From contig NC_083237.1 of NCBI RefSeq assembly GCF_032191835.1, positions 11,470,001-11,534,000 on the forward strand: DNA of 64,000 nucleotides, written 5' to 3'. This document shows positions 24,736-37,406 of the stretch, piece after piece. The notes beneath the pieces are model-generated. The model ran no database searches, had not been told where the DNA came from, and saw only the letters and a list, made by a program, of their open reading frames with translations. The stretch comes from Heteronotia binoei. Taxonomy: Eukaryota. Positions within the stretch are counted from its first letter, which is position 1, and each line of letters begins with the position of its first letter. The translations under genes were made by a program, and so were the position numbers.

Positions 24736-24995
24736 CTTGAGGCAGAATGGTGCTAGGAGGGCAGGGCAGAATAGAGCCTGTAGACCACAGCAGGCATGTT
24801 TGTCCACAGCTCTTCTTATGTTCTTATGATAGTACTTGATTGATATTTATGGCCATGCTGATTTGTTGATATAAAGTCAATTATTGACTGTAGTAGTTTT
24901 GGCCATGTTGATTTAAAATCAACAAATTGTATTAATTTAATACTGTACTACTAACTACCCATTTACTTTCATTTCCTTCTTAGGCAAGAGTCAAA

Positions 24996-25913
24996 ATGAT
25001 GAACAGCACCATGGTGAGGGAATTCATACTCATGGGCTTTACAAATAATCGTAAGCTTCAGATTTTGCTCTTTCTCCTACTGACGGGAACATACCTTTTG
25101 ACTCTCTCCGGAAATGTGGTGATCATTGTGGTCACACTGTCCGATCACCGTCTCAACACTCCAATGTATTTCTTTCTCCGAAATTTTGCACTATTGGAGA
25201 TTGGATTCACCACTTCCATCATTCCCAAAGCAATGGCCAATTTGGCCACTGGACAGAGGACTATCTCCACAGCTGGCTGTTTCACACAGTTCTTTTCTTA
25301 TTTTGTCCTGGGAACCACAGAGTTTTTTCTACTGGCAGTAATGTCTTTTGATAGATATGTGGCTATTTGCCACCCTCTTCGTTATGCCACCATAATGAAT
25401 AGCTCAATATGCTCACTGCTGGCAGGTTTCTCTTGGGCTGGAGGCTTTTTGCTAATTCTGGGTCCAACAATTGCTTTAACTCAGATGCCATTTTGTGGCC
25501 CAAACACTATAAACCATTTTTTCTGTGACAACGGGCCACTGCTCAAACTCGCATGCAGAGACACAAGTTTTCTGGAGCTCATGGATTTCTTCATTGCCAT
25601 ACTCTCTCTCGTTGGGACTCTGGCAGTAACAGTTGTCTCCTATGCCAATATTATTTCTAACATCATGCGCATCCAGTCAGCCCAAGAGAGGCAGAAAGCG
25701 TTGTCCACTTGTTCCTCCCATATTATTGTTGTCTCCCTTTTTTATGGTAGCTGCATCTTTGTGTATTTGCGGCCTTCTCAAAGTGAAGGGGTTGATTTCA
25801 ACAAAGGAGTCTCTATAATAGCCACCGTGGTTACCCCATTGTTGAACCCCTTCATCTACACTCTCAGAAATAAGCAAGTTCACCAAGTGTTCAGAGAGAT
25901 CCAAAAGAAGGTA
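24996..25913 (+). CDS. Olfactory receptor, family-6-like (OR-D), open up to the assembly gap
   Basis: Uninterrupted from ATG (24996 or 24999) through [15 protein letters not shown]...KKV. The stop codon is hidden in N gap 25914-26122. Confidence 0.92.
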
Positions 25914-26122
25914 NNNNNNNNNNNNNNNNNNNNNNNNNNNNNNNNNNNNNNNNNNNNNNNNNNNNNNNNNNNNNNNNNNNNNNNNNNNNNNNNNNNNNNN
26001 NNNNNNNNNNNNNNNNNNNNNNNNNNNNNNNNNNNNNNNNNNNNNNNNNNNNNNNNNNNNNNNNNNNNNNNNNNNNNNNNNNNNNNNNNNNNNNNNNNNN
26101 NNNNNNNNNNNNNNNNNNNNNN
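25914..26122. other. Assembly gap at the OR-D 3' end
   Basis: Run of N. Confidence 0.99.
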
Positions 26123-26128
26123 TAGGTA

Positions 26129-26197
<69 letters not shown>

Positions 26198-26198
26198 A
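26129..26198. repeat. (GAT)n microsatellite
   Basis: Direct reading. Confidence 0.98.
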
Positions 26199-26407
26199 GA
26201 CAGATGGACAGATAGGTAGATGTTAAGAGAAATTATGCATGTATTATTACACAAATCTGTATAGCTTTTTCCAGATATATAAATATGATACAGCAGTCTT
26301 TTCCTATAAAAGGCAAATCAGTATTTTTGTGTCTTGGTCAAGCTGAATTAGTACCTAGTACAACCATTATGGTGCAGTTCTCTGAGGTCAATGGTCTTAG
26401 ACTAGAT

Positions 26408-26700
26408 CAGGGGTGGCCAGACTTGCTTAATGTAAGAGCCACATAGAATAAATGTCAGATGTTAGAGAGTCACAAGACAGGAAGGAAGGGTGGCAAGAAA
26501 GGTGAAAAGAAAACAAATAGATGGAGAGGGAGAAAGGTAGAAAGAAAGCAACAAACTATAAATGCATTCTCCAAGCCACCAGATGGCTTGGCTTGGAGAA
26601 GCAATTTAGAGGCAAATGCCTTCTCCAAGCCAGCTAGAGGGGTGATGGAGACTTTGAGAGCATAATGTATGTGAAAGAGCCACACGTGGCTCCCAAGAGG
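26408..26700. mobile_element. hAT-like DNA transposon remnant
   Basis: caggggtggcc end, aagagcc(ac) motifs. Absent from the paralog near 8.5 kb. Confidence 0.5.
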
Positions 26701-27820
26701 ATGTCTAATTGGTGGTTGTAGAGGCCGTAGGTCCTTGATGGAGCATTTGCTAGAATGCAAGAAATTCCCACCTTCCATCTTATGTGTCTCAGATCTTGGA
26801 CAAACCAATGGATCTGATGGGTTTTTCACAGGTATAGTTCGATGGGACATATTCTGACCTAGGTTGTGAATATGGGATGAAGGGTTGTGAATATGAGATA
26901 AAAGGATGTCTACACATGATAATGCTGACCTCATGCCTAGACGAGTTAACAAGAATAACTTGGCAGATTTCTAAGACATTCAGATACCAAAGGTGAGGAG
27001 AAGAAGGCTAAGCTATTAATGAGCAAACAATTAATTGTCAGCAATTATTTTAGACACGGTAAATTCTACAGCCAAAATATCAAGAGTGAAGTTGGAAATG
27101 TGAATGTGAACTCTTACTGCAAATTAAAGCACTTTACATTTTCCCCCATCTCTTTGTTGGAATGTTTTTGAGATGCTCTGGCCTCCATTCAGGATCTCCA
27201 AATGCATTCAGTAGAGCAGGGGTTACTGTTGAGAAAGCCTGTGTTCTCAGTGAAGTCAAACTAACTTCTCATAATGGTTGAATCTCCAACAACTATTGGG
27301 AGAGATGGCCCTTCAAGCACGAGTGTCCTAGGCCATTATATATTTATTTCCTTGATTTATGCTCTAACTTTCTACATATGTGATGGACCCAAGGTGGCTT
27401 AAACGAGGCATGTTGTAAAATTTTGATTTTACAACAGCATGGTTTCGTCAGCTCACAATTTGTTTCTGGGTTAGGTTCAATAGTTCATCAGAGATCCAAT
27501 GTGGTTAGAGTGTTGGATTAGGGTCTGGGAGAACCAGGTTCAAATCCCCACTTTCCAAGGTAGTTTTGCTGGGCCAGTCACACACTCTCAGACTAGCCTA
27601 TCTCACAGGGTTGCTGAGAGGAGAAAATGGAGAAAAAGCCACCTTTCTCATCAATCTGACAGAAAACATGGGTAGCAATCATTGTTCCCTCTAACTGAGT
27701 TAGTGTGAACTAGCTCACCGTTTTTAGCCTCCAACTCACACAGTTTTGTCTTAACGCAGGAAAAATGGCCCCAGAGCAAACAAATTTACACAGTGGCTCA
27801 CAACCTGAATGCCAGTAGCC

Positions 27821-28530
27821 AGGGGTCATACTGTAGAAAAGAGGTGCCGGAGCTTATTAGCACAACTTAGTTGCATAGCTCATTTGCATATGCCACACCC
27901 CCCTGACATCACCAGAAGGGGGACTAAATTATACAAATTCAGCATCGACCTTAAAATGCTTCTTGAATTATAATTGTCATAATAAAACCTTACTCCCATC
28001 ATACTTTTTAAATTACTTTCTCCTCTGTGGCCACAGTGGCATGATGAAGATTTCCATCTGTCTGCTTTATATATTTTGGTTATTTCCCCCATATTTTGTG
28101 GGGGGAAATATTAGAAAGTTTGTCAAATCTTAGAGTTCAGCAAAATTCTCACAGGGGGTGGGGTGTAAGAAAGAAAGAGTACAATAAAATATTGGGCGTT
28201 TTCGCATTGACCTTAATCAGCAGCGACGCCCCTCTTCACCGCGCAGGATCGGCGCGGATTTCGCACTAATTGCCGCAGAGCACCCGGAAGAGCCGGAAAG
28301 TCCCGCGGCTTTTGTGGCGCAAATGGAAACTGGTTTTTGGCGGTTTCCATTTGCGCCTCAAAAGCCGCGGGACTTTCCGGCTCTTCCGGGTGCTCCGCAG
28401 CAATTAGTGCGAAATCCGCGCCGATCCTGCGCAGTGAAGAGGGGCGTCACTGCTGATTAAGGTCAGTGCGAAAACAGCCTTAGAGTCTCCGGAGCTCTTC
28501 TCCTGTGAGCTCCTGCTCAAAACGAGGCCT
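27821..28530. mobile_element. hAT-like element hosting a Harbinger-like MITE
   Basis: caggggtcatactgtagaa...ctcaaaacgaggcctg ends; ctcatttgcatat motif. Confidence 0.65.
28194..28479. mobile_element. Fully palindromic CpG-rich MITE (Harbinger-like)
   Basis: gggcgttttcgca...tgcgaaaacagcc, arms complementary over ~135 bp. Confidence 0.85.
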
Positions 28531-28782
28531 GCCAATAACTCAAAAAGTAGACTTTTTGCTCACAAGACTCCACTGCTTAGAGGGAGCATTGGTAGCAGTA
28601 GAGAGAATGTGCAGACATACCAAAGACATCCAAAAAGTTTCACAAGAATACATAGTAGCTCAGTAGATATTTAAGGAAGTATGATCCACTTGAAACCAAA
28701 GATCACTGTGCCTATTTGTGAAAAATGTATTAAAATCAGTAGTTTGTAAAGTCTGCTGTAATCATTGTAAATGTCGGCTGAG

Positions 28783-29345
28783 GGGCTATGGTTCAGTGGT
28801 AGAGCATCTGCCTGGCTTGCATAAGGTCCCAGGTTCAGTCTCTAGCATCTCCAGTTAAAAGGTGATGTGAAAGACCGCAGCCTGAGACCCTGGAGAGTCG
28901 CTGCCTGTCTGAGTAGACAAGACTGATTTTGATGGACCGAGGGTCTGATATTCAGTCTAAGGCAGCTTTAGCCTGGAGAGGAGGTGGCTGAGAGGTGATA
29001 TGATCACCATCTTCAAGTACTTGAAGGGCTGTCATCTAGAGGAGGGTGTGGAATTGTTTTCTGTGGCCCCAGAAGGTAGGACCAGAACCAATGCATTGAA
29101 ATTAAATGAAAAGAGTTTTCGGCTCAACATTAGGAAGAACTTCCTGACCGTTAGAGCAATTCCTCAGTGGAACAGGCTTCCTCGGGAGGTGGTGGGCTCT
29201 CCTTCCTTGGAGGTTTTTAAACAGAGGCTAGATAGTCATCTGACAGCAATGAAGATCCTGTGAATTTAGGAGGAGGTGTTTGTGAGTTTCCTGCATTGTG
29301 CAGGGGGTTGGACTAGATGACCTTCCAACTCTATGATTCTATTAT
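28783..29345 (+). mobile_element. tRNA-headed SINE (28783-28968) followed by a CR1 3' fragment (28969-29345)
   Basis: Reverse-complement paralog of 10679-11582. Confidence 0.88.
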
Positions 29346-31120
29346 TCATGTGTGTACTTGTTTAAACCTTTTTATTCTCTTTGCTTGTGGTTATAACTGA
29401 ATTATCAAGCAAAAGGTTCCTTCTAATAACGAGCAGCAAAACCTGTAGAGAAGTCTTAGATAAAGGCCAAATTATTTGGGCTCTGCTTGGTTTCAACATG
29501 AGATCCTGAAGTACTTTCTAGAATAAAGTATTGTTTGTTTGTTTTCTATTATTATTATTACACAAATCTGTATAATTGGCAGACTACCCTTCACTGAGAG
29601 CAGAGATCAGAGCAGTTTACATCAAAGGGCAAATACAATAGAATATCTGACGTGGGGATTACTTTACTTTACTTTATTCGATTACGGGGACAGTTTTACA
29701 ATTGCTGCTCTCCTTTCTCCAAAGTCAGGGACAGAGGGTGGCACTTGGTGGAGAACTCTCCCAGAGATACCCACTTCACTATGGGGCACCACAGGGGACA
29801 GTACTTTCCCTTACCTTATTCAATATCTGTATGTGTCCCCTTGCCAAGGTTGCCCGGAGGCATGATCTTGGGTGTCACCAATATGCGGTTGACGCCTAGC
29901 TCTATCTGATGTGGGATGGCAGGCCTAATGATGTGCCAATAGATCTTGACCTGGAATTGCAAGCTATGGCTGGTTGCATCAGACAGAGGTGGTTGAGACT
30001 GAATCCTGCAAAGATGGAGGTCTTGTATCTGGGGTGTGGTGGTCCAGAGGTGGGGCTCCCTCTCCCGGCTTTCGATGAGGCCCCTTTGGTGCCGGCGCAG
30101 GAGGTTAGGAGTTTGGGAGTGCTCCTGAATACCTCCCTATCTATGGAGGCCCCGGTGGCAGCCACAGCCAGATTGGCCTTCTATAATCTGCCGTTGATCA
30201 GGCAGTTGGTTCCCTACCTTGACTGTGGTGATCTGGCTACAGTGATCAATGCCTTGGTCACCTCTAGGTTGGATTGCTGTAATTCTCTTTACATGGGGCT
30301 ACCCCTTGATCCTAATCCGGAAGCTACAGCTAGTGCATAATGCAGCTGCAAGGATTCTCCTGGCGCTCCCCAGGAGACAGCACATAAGACCAGCATTACA
30401 ACAACTGCACTGGCTACCTATAACATACCGGGATCACTTCAAGGTATTAGTTTTTACTTTTGAAGACCTATATGGCCAGGGACCAGCATGTGTGCGGACT
30501 GCCTTTCCCTGTATGTTCCCTGGAGAGCACTGTGGTTGAGTTCACAACACCACTTATCTATCCCCGGCCCAAAGGAAGTCAGATTGGCATTGACTTTCTC
30601 AGCTCTGGCTCCTACATTATGGTATAAACTGTCAGAGGAGATCAGGGCCCAGCGGGATTTGCTTCAATTCCACAAGGCCTGTAAGACTAAGCTTTTCCAG
30701 ATGCGTTACAGAGGAGGGCAATGAAGATGGTGAGGGGTCTGGAGACCAAGTCCCATGAAGAAAGGTTAAAGGAGCTGGTCATGTTTAGCCTGGAGAGGAG
30801 GCGGCTGAGAGGTGATATGATCACCATCCTCAGGTACTTGAAGAGCTATCATATAGAGGATGGTGTGGAATTCTTTTCTGTGATGCCAGAAGGTAGAACC
30901 AGAACCAATGGGTTGAAATTAAATGAAAAGAGTTTCTGGCTCAACATTAGGAAGAACTTCCTGACCGTTAGAGCGATTCCTCAGTGGAAAAGGCTTCCTC
31001 AGGAAGTGGTGGGTTCTCCTTCCTTGGAGGTTTTTAAACAGAGGCTAGATGGCCATCTGACAGCAATGAAGATCCTGTGAATTTGGGAGGAGGTATTTGT
31101 GAGTTTCCTGTATTGTGCAT

Positions 31121-33960
31121 AGATGTTGTGGGAATTTCAGAAACTTGGTGGAATGAGGAGAATCAGTGGGACACGGTGATTCCTGGATATAAGTTATATC
31201 AGAAGGATAGGGAGGGACGGGTTGGAGGTGGGGTGGCTCTGTATGTCAGAGAGGATATACGGTTCAGTAAGACTGAGGTTAGAGAATTAAATTCACTTTT
31301 AGAAGAAGAAGAAGATATTGGATTTATATCCCGCCCTCCACTCCGAAGAGTTTCAGAGCGGCTCACAATCTCCTTTACCTTCCTCCCCCACAACAGACAC
31401 CCTGTGAGGTGGGCGGGGCTGAGAGGGCTCTCACAGCAGCTGCCCTTTCAAGGACAACCTCTGCCAGAGCTATGGCTGACCCAAGGCCATTCCAGCAGGT
31501 GCAAGTGGAGGAGTGGGGAATCAAACCTGGTTCTCCCAGATAAGAGTCCGCACACTTAACCACTACACCAAACTGGCGTTGAAATAGAGGGCCCAAAAGG
31601 AAATTTTGGGTTGAAATAGAGGGCCCAAAAGGAAATTTAACTATGGGAGTTTGTTATCGCCCACCAAATCAAAAGAGAGGACGATTATAATATGATGGAA
31701 GGCTTAAAGATAGTGGCTAAACGTAAAAACTGTGTCGTAATAGGTGATTTTAACTACCCGCAGATTGATTGGGTCAATATGTGTTCTGGTCGAGAGAAAG
31801 AGATTGAGTTTCTTGATGCTCTCAATGACTGTGCTATGGAGCAGATAGTCTCAGAACCTACCAGGGGTGGGGCGATCCTGGATTTGGTCCTAAGTAATGC
31901 CCAAGACTTGGTGAGAGATGTAAAAGTGATTGCACCACTTGGGAGCAGTGACCATAATGTTATTGATTTCGCCGTTTGTATAAATAGGGAGTTGCCCAAA
32001 AAGACCGCCACAACCACGTTTAACTTTAAAAGAGGTAAATACACTGAGATGAGGCATGTGAGGAGGAATCTGAAAAGAAAGGTAAATACGGTCAAAACCC
32101 TTGGGGAAGCTTGGAGACTTTTTAAAACTATAATCCTAGAAGCTCAGATAAAATACATACCACAAGTTAGGAAAGGCACAAACAGACATAAGAAAAGGCC
32201 TGCATGGTTAACAAACAAAGTAATGGAAGCTATAAAAGGTAAGAAGGACTCCTTTAAGCGGTGGAAAACCAGTCCAAGTGAGATTAGTAAAAGGGAACAC
32301 AGGCTGTGGCAAATCAAATGCAAGACTGTGATCAGGCAGGCAAAAAGGGACTATGAGGAGCATATTGCAAAAAACATAAAGACCAACAATAAAAATTTCT
32401 TCAAATATATTAAAAGTAGGAAACCAGCCAGGGAGGCAGTGGGGCCCTTGGATGACCATGGGGTAGAAGGATTACTGAAGGAGGATAGGGAAATGGCTGA
32501 GAAGCTGAATGCATTTTTTGCCTTATTATCAAGGACAGAATGAGTAGGCACATTGATGAACACAGGTTATTGAGGAAGACTCAGCATGGGTACTGCAAGG
32601 GAAGATCTTGCCTCACTAACCTGTTACATTTCTTTGAGGGGGTGAACAAACATGTGGACAAAGGAGACCCAATAGATGTTGTTTAACTTGACTTCCAGAA
32701 AGCTTTTGATAAAGTTCCTCATCAAAGGCTCCTTAGAAAGCTTGAGAGTCATGGAGTAAAAGGACAGGTCCTCTTGTGGATCAAAAACTGGCTGAGTAAT
32801 AGGAAGCAGAGAGTGAGTATAAATGGGCAGTCTTCGCAGTGGAAGACGGTAAGCAGTGGGGTGCCGCAGGGCTCGGTACTGGGTCCCATGCTCTTTAACT
32901 TGTTCATAAATGATTTAGTGTTGGGAGTGAGCAGTGAAGTGGCCAAGTTTGCGGATGACACTAAATTGTTCAGGGTGGTGAGAACCAGAGAGGATTGTGA
33001 GGAACTCCAAAGGGATCTGTTGAGGCTGAGTGAGTGGGCGTCAACGTGGCAGATGCGGTTCAATGTGGCCAAGTGCAAAGTAATGCACATTGGGGCCAAG
33101 AATCCCAGCTACAAATACAAGTTGATGGGGTGTGAACTGGCAGAGACTGACCAAGAAAGAGATCTTGCGGCCGTGGTAGATAACTCACTGAAAATGTCAA
33201 GACAGTGTGCGTTTGCAATAAAAAAGGCCAACGCCATGCTGGGAATTATTAGGAAGGGAATTGAAAACAAATCAGCCAGTATCATAATGCCCCTGTATAA
33301 ATCGATGGTGCGATCTCATTTGGAGTACTGTGTGCAGTTCTGGTCGCCGCACCTCAAAAAGGATATTATAGCATTGGAGAAAGTCCAGAGAAGGGCAACT
33401 AGAATGATTAAAGGGCTGGAGCACTTTCCCTATGAAGAAAGGTTGAAACGATTGGGACTCTTTAGCTTGGAGAAACGTCGACTGCGGGGTGACATGATAG
33501 AGGTTTACAAGATAATGCATGGGATGGAGAAAGTAGAGAAAGAAGTACTTTTCTCCCTTTCTCACAATACAAGAACTTGTGGGCATTCGATGAAATTGCT
33601 GAGCAGTTGGGTTAAAACGGATAAAAGGAAGTACTTCTTCACCCAAAGGGTGATTAACATGTGGAATTCACTGCCACAGGAGGTGGTGGCGGCCACAAGT
33701 ATAGCCACCTTCAAGAAGGGTTTAGATAAAAATATGGAGCACAGGTCCATCAGTGGCTATTAGCCACAGTGTATGTGTGTATATAAAATTTTTTAGCCAC
33801 CTTCAAGAAGGGTTTAGATAAAAATATGGAGCAGAGGTCCATCTGTGGCTATTAGCCACAGTGTGTGTGTATATATAAAAATGTTTGCCACTGTGTGATA
33901 CAGAGTGTTGGACTGGATGGGCCATTGGCTTGCTCTAACATGGCTTCTCTTATGTTCTTA
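31121..33960 (+). mobile_element. CR1 LINE ORF2 (APE plus RT), internal deletion near 32530
   Basis: GISETWW, VIGDFNYP, ILDLVL, LGSSDHN, VPQGSVLGP, FADDTKL. (atgttct) tail. TSD tgtgca. Confidence 0.95.
31302..31577 (-). mobile_element. Squam3-like SINE nested in CR1
   Basis: Full head-to-(ctt)n tail in reverse orientation. Confidence 0.9.
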
Positions 33961-34828
33961 TGTGCAGGGGTTGAACTAGATGACCCTGGAGGTCCCTTCC
34001 AACTCTATGGTTCTAATATCTCAATGCTGTGGCAAGTGATCGCTCTCTCTGTGGTTGTTTTGTAATAAGAATATTTAGGATCAATATGCCACATGGCCAC
34101 TATTTGTATTGTTGTTATTATTATTATTATTGACTGTAGTCTGCTGAATATGATGCCTGTTTTATAGTATAGTGTATGATTTTATTGATATGTAAGTATT
34201 GTATTGTATTTATTGTTGTGATTTTAATATTGTTGGAAGCCACTCCAAACTGTTTTGGGAGGAGTGGGATATAAATGTACAGAAATAAATAAATAGGATT
34301 AAAACAACATAAAATATTTATTATTTGTGTATTTAATTATTATTTTCCATTTATAGCCCATCCTTTCCCAAGTGGACTCTGAGTGTGCTTAAAACAATAC
34401 TTAAAACAATCATACCAAAAGGCAAACAAACCCAGCACTATATCCAAGATGATGGAAAGATTCCAGTTTCCACCAGCCCCCTGAGTAGAGGGGTATGAGG
34501 AAATGAAGGGGGAGGTTGGAGTATGAGAGTGCCGGATCATCTCTGTCCTCAACCAAATGCCTCATGGAACATCTCTGCCTTGCAAGCCCTACAGAAAGGT
34601 AGTAAATCCCAGATGTTTCCTGGCAGAGCGTTCTACCAAGCGGGGGCCAGGGCTGAGAAGGCATAACCTTTTTATACCACCTTTCCACCAAAATAAGGTC
34701 CCCAAGTCAGCAAACATGAAAATGTTTGAAAATCAAAACAGCACTTAAAATGCTACATAAAATAAGTCAAAAGGACTGCTGCCTATGACCACTATAGAGG
34801 ATATAAAGACATAAACATGTATGAGTAT

Positions 34829-35093
34829 GACCGTTTTCGCACACAGCTCACCTCACAGTCACAATCCTGTTCCCTCCGCAGCGTCTGGTTGGATTTCCCA
34901 CCATCTGCGCCGAAGTTACAGGAAGTGCCGCAGCTTTTGCATAGCAAAGGTAAACCGCTAAAACCCAGTTTACGTTTGCTATGCAAAAGCCGCGGCACTT
35001 CCTGTAACTCCGGCGCAGATGGTGGGAAATCTGACAGATGCTGCGGAGGGAACAGGATTGTGACTGTGAGGTAAGCTCTGTGCGAAAATGGTC
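34829..35093. mobile_element. Fully palindromic MITE (Harbinger-like)
   Basis: gaccgttttcgca...tgcgaaaatggtc, 3-bp flanks tat/tac. Empty site at ~13523. Confidence 0.85.
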
Positions 35094-35124
35094 TACATCT
35101 TGAGCTGGCTTCATCAGATGCATG

Positions 35125-35240
35125 ATAATTGTTGCACTCCTTGGGGAAGCACAGCTAAAGTCCCTTGTGTGCCCTGACAAACAAAGTGCTAAACCAACCT
35201 CACATGTGCTTTGCAAAGGCCATTGGTTTAGAGAGAGAGT
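35125..35240 (+). promoter_or_regulatory. Candidate OR promoter module (for OR-E)
   Basis: TAATTG next to ctccttggggaagcacagctaaagtcccttgtg...gctttgcaaaggccatt. Confidence 0.52.
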
Positions 35241-35624
35241 TGTGTAGCACACTACCAGTGGGAGATTGCTGGCTCTAAGAGATGGGTGCAATAAAACATT
35301 CAGTTTGTGAGTTGAGAAAGCGAAGGGTTTGGTCAAAGGCATGGAAGGCGTCAGAATGTTACAGGCTCAGACCTGCGGAGTGAAGCTTCTGCATCCGTTC
35401 ATGTTGTATGGGTATCTTCATCTCAGTGACCTCCATCAGGTTCTTTCTTAGCTACAGGGGCTTCTTTGTCATCTGAAGAAACAAGAGCAAAGAAAAAAAA
35501 CTCCGGGAGATCAGGAAAAAAAATGCATATGTCCTTTTCCAACTAGGATTGCAAGTGGCGAGTATTTTGCTTTGTGTGAGTGTATGTGTGTTAAGTATCA
35601 TCTAATCATTTCTGAAATGGCAAT

Positions 35625-36090
35625 CTTGAATTAATTGACCTACAAAATTATCCTATCATGAACAGCCTTGCTCAGTTCTTGCAAATTTAGGGTCGTGGCT
35701 TCCTTTGATCAAACTAATCCACCTCTTTTTCTGCTGCCTCCAAATTTTCCCAGCATTATTGTCTTTCCCAGTGACTCTTGTTTTCTCATAATGTGGCCAA
35801 AGCAGGATAGCATCAGTGGAGTCATTTTGACTTCTAGGGAGAGTTCAGGTGTGACTTAATCTAGAACCCATTTATTTGTAGTTTTGGAACTCTGTGGTAT
35901 CTACAAAACATTCCTCCAACACGACATTTCAACTGAATCAACTTTCTTCCTGTCAGGTTCCTTCATTGTCCAATTTCCAAACTCATACATACTAATGGGG
36001 AATACTATAGCATGTCACCTTGATCTTAGTTACCAGAGAGATATCCTTACAGTTAAGGATATGTTCTACTTTTTAATGGGTTCCTTTGCC
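35625..36090 (-). mobile_element. Old RTE-clade LINE 3' fragment
   Basis: Paralog of 14345-14810. Confidence 0.7.
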
Positions 36091-36182
36091 CAGTTTTGCT
36101 AGGGAATAAGAGGGGTTTATGATGCCATCATAAAAAGATTTAGCCCTTCTAAGACACTGAAGTTAATGGATTTAGAATAGTG

Positions 36183-36362
36183 TACTCACTGAAGAAGATG
36201 CTGGGAAAGACAGAAGGCAAAAGAAGGGGACGGCAAAAGATGAGATGGCTGGACAGCGTTACTAATGTAACTAACATGAATTTGAGCAGACTTTGGAGGA
36301 TAGTTGAAGACAGGAGGGCCTGGCGTAACTTTGTCCATGGGGTTGCAAAGAGTCAGACTACC
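36183..36362 (+). mobile_element. RTE-BovB 3' fragment
   Basis: LKKMLGKTEGKRRGRQKMRWLDSVT. Confidence 0.85.
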
Positions 36363-37266
36363 ACTAGGTTACGCACTTTGACTCTCACTTGATCTTTAGT
36401 TAATCTAAATTATTAATCTAAATTGATTTCAATTGTTAAGGAATGGACAGATATTTGACACAGATGATCTTTCCAGGTGGACTGCTATTTTTGTTTCTTT
36501 TTCCAAAAAGACTTCGGTACCACTTGAAACCTGCTGAAAACTATTATCCTGAGCACCATATAATCCAAGTAACTCTGCAAAGCATCCTGTATTCTAAAGC
36601 TGAAGACCACAGTCTTTCCCTCATGGTATGAAACGTGTGTTTTTTGTTACCTTGTTGCAACTAGCTTTTCAGTGGAGATTTTTCATATTGAATATACAAT
36701 CTGATTTTTTAAAAAAAAGTTTTTAAGACCGTAAAAACATGTACTTTTTGATATTGTGGCTAGTTGCGATAATAGATATTGCATAACTTCTGTTTCTATG
36801 GACCTTAAATGAGTATCTAAAATCCCTGTTTAGTACCAAAGTGTGTGATGGATACCATTCATCATTCATATATGATTGCTGAAGTGCACCATTTATGTTT
36901 ATGGTGATCAAGCCTTCCTCAGTGGTCAAGATTCAGGAACACCAGCCCTCCAGAGCCATCCCATTCACTGGGTGTCACAGGTTCAACCTAAGGCAAAACT
37001 CATACTGAATTTGGAGGTTCCTCATTAAGGGAATAATCTAAGAAATTATAAACAAATCCCAAATAATTTCAACACAGCTAGCTATATTACTTTGGGGGCC
37101 GGTGCTAAAACTCAAATCTCTACCTTACATGTTACTTAAAACTCCATTTTTCAGGCAGCATATATTTGATTCCCAGATGCTAGAGGTAAACAATCAAGGG
37201 TGGACACATCAGTTGTCATCTGACTGGCCACTTTAGAGATGGAATTCTGAATGGAATGGACTTTGG

Positions 37267-37406
37267 NNNNNNNNNNNNNNNNNNNNNNNNNNNNNNNNNN
37301 NNNNNNNNNNNNNNNNNNNNNNNNNNNNNNNNNNNNNNNNNNNNNNNNNNNNNNNNNNNNNNNNNNNNNNNNNNNNNNNNNNNNNNNNNNNNNNNNNNNN
37401 NNNNNN
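37267..37406. other. Assembly gap
   Basis: Run of N. Confidence 0.99.

Larger units (their letters stand above)
30713..34015 (+). mobile_element. CR1 3' fragment (ATTCTAT type): 30713-31120 plus 33961-34015
   Basis: ERLKELVMFSLERRRLRGDMIT...; its terminal ggttgaactagatgacc...ccaactctatg resumes at 33961. Confidence 0.88.
29660..34295 (+). mobile_element. L2-clade LINE (29660-30712 and ~34130-34295) split by nested CR1s
   Basis: HQYA.D, RLDCCNSL, LQLVHNAAARIL. Tail ttggaagcc...gatataaat..(aata)n at ~34230-34295. Confidence 0.8.

Noticed and set aside
25880-26254. Poly-Ile ORF
   Set aside because: (ATC)n microsatellite and N gap.
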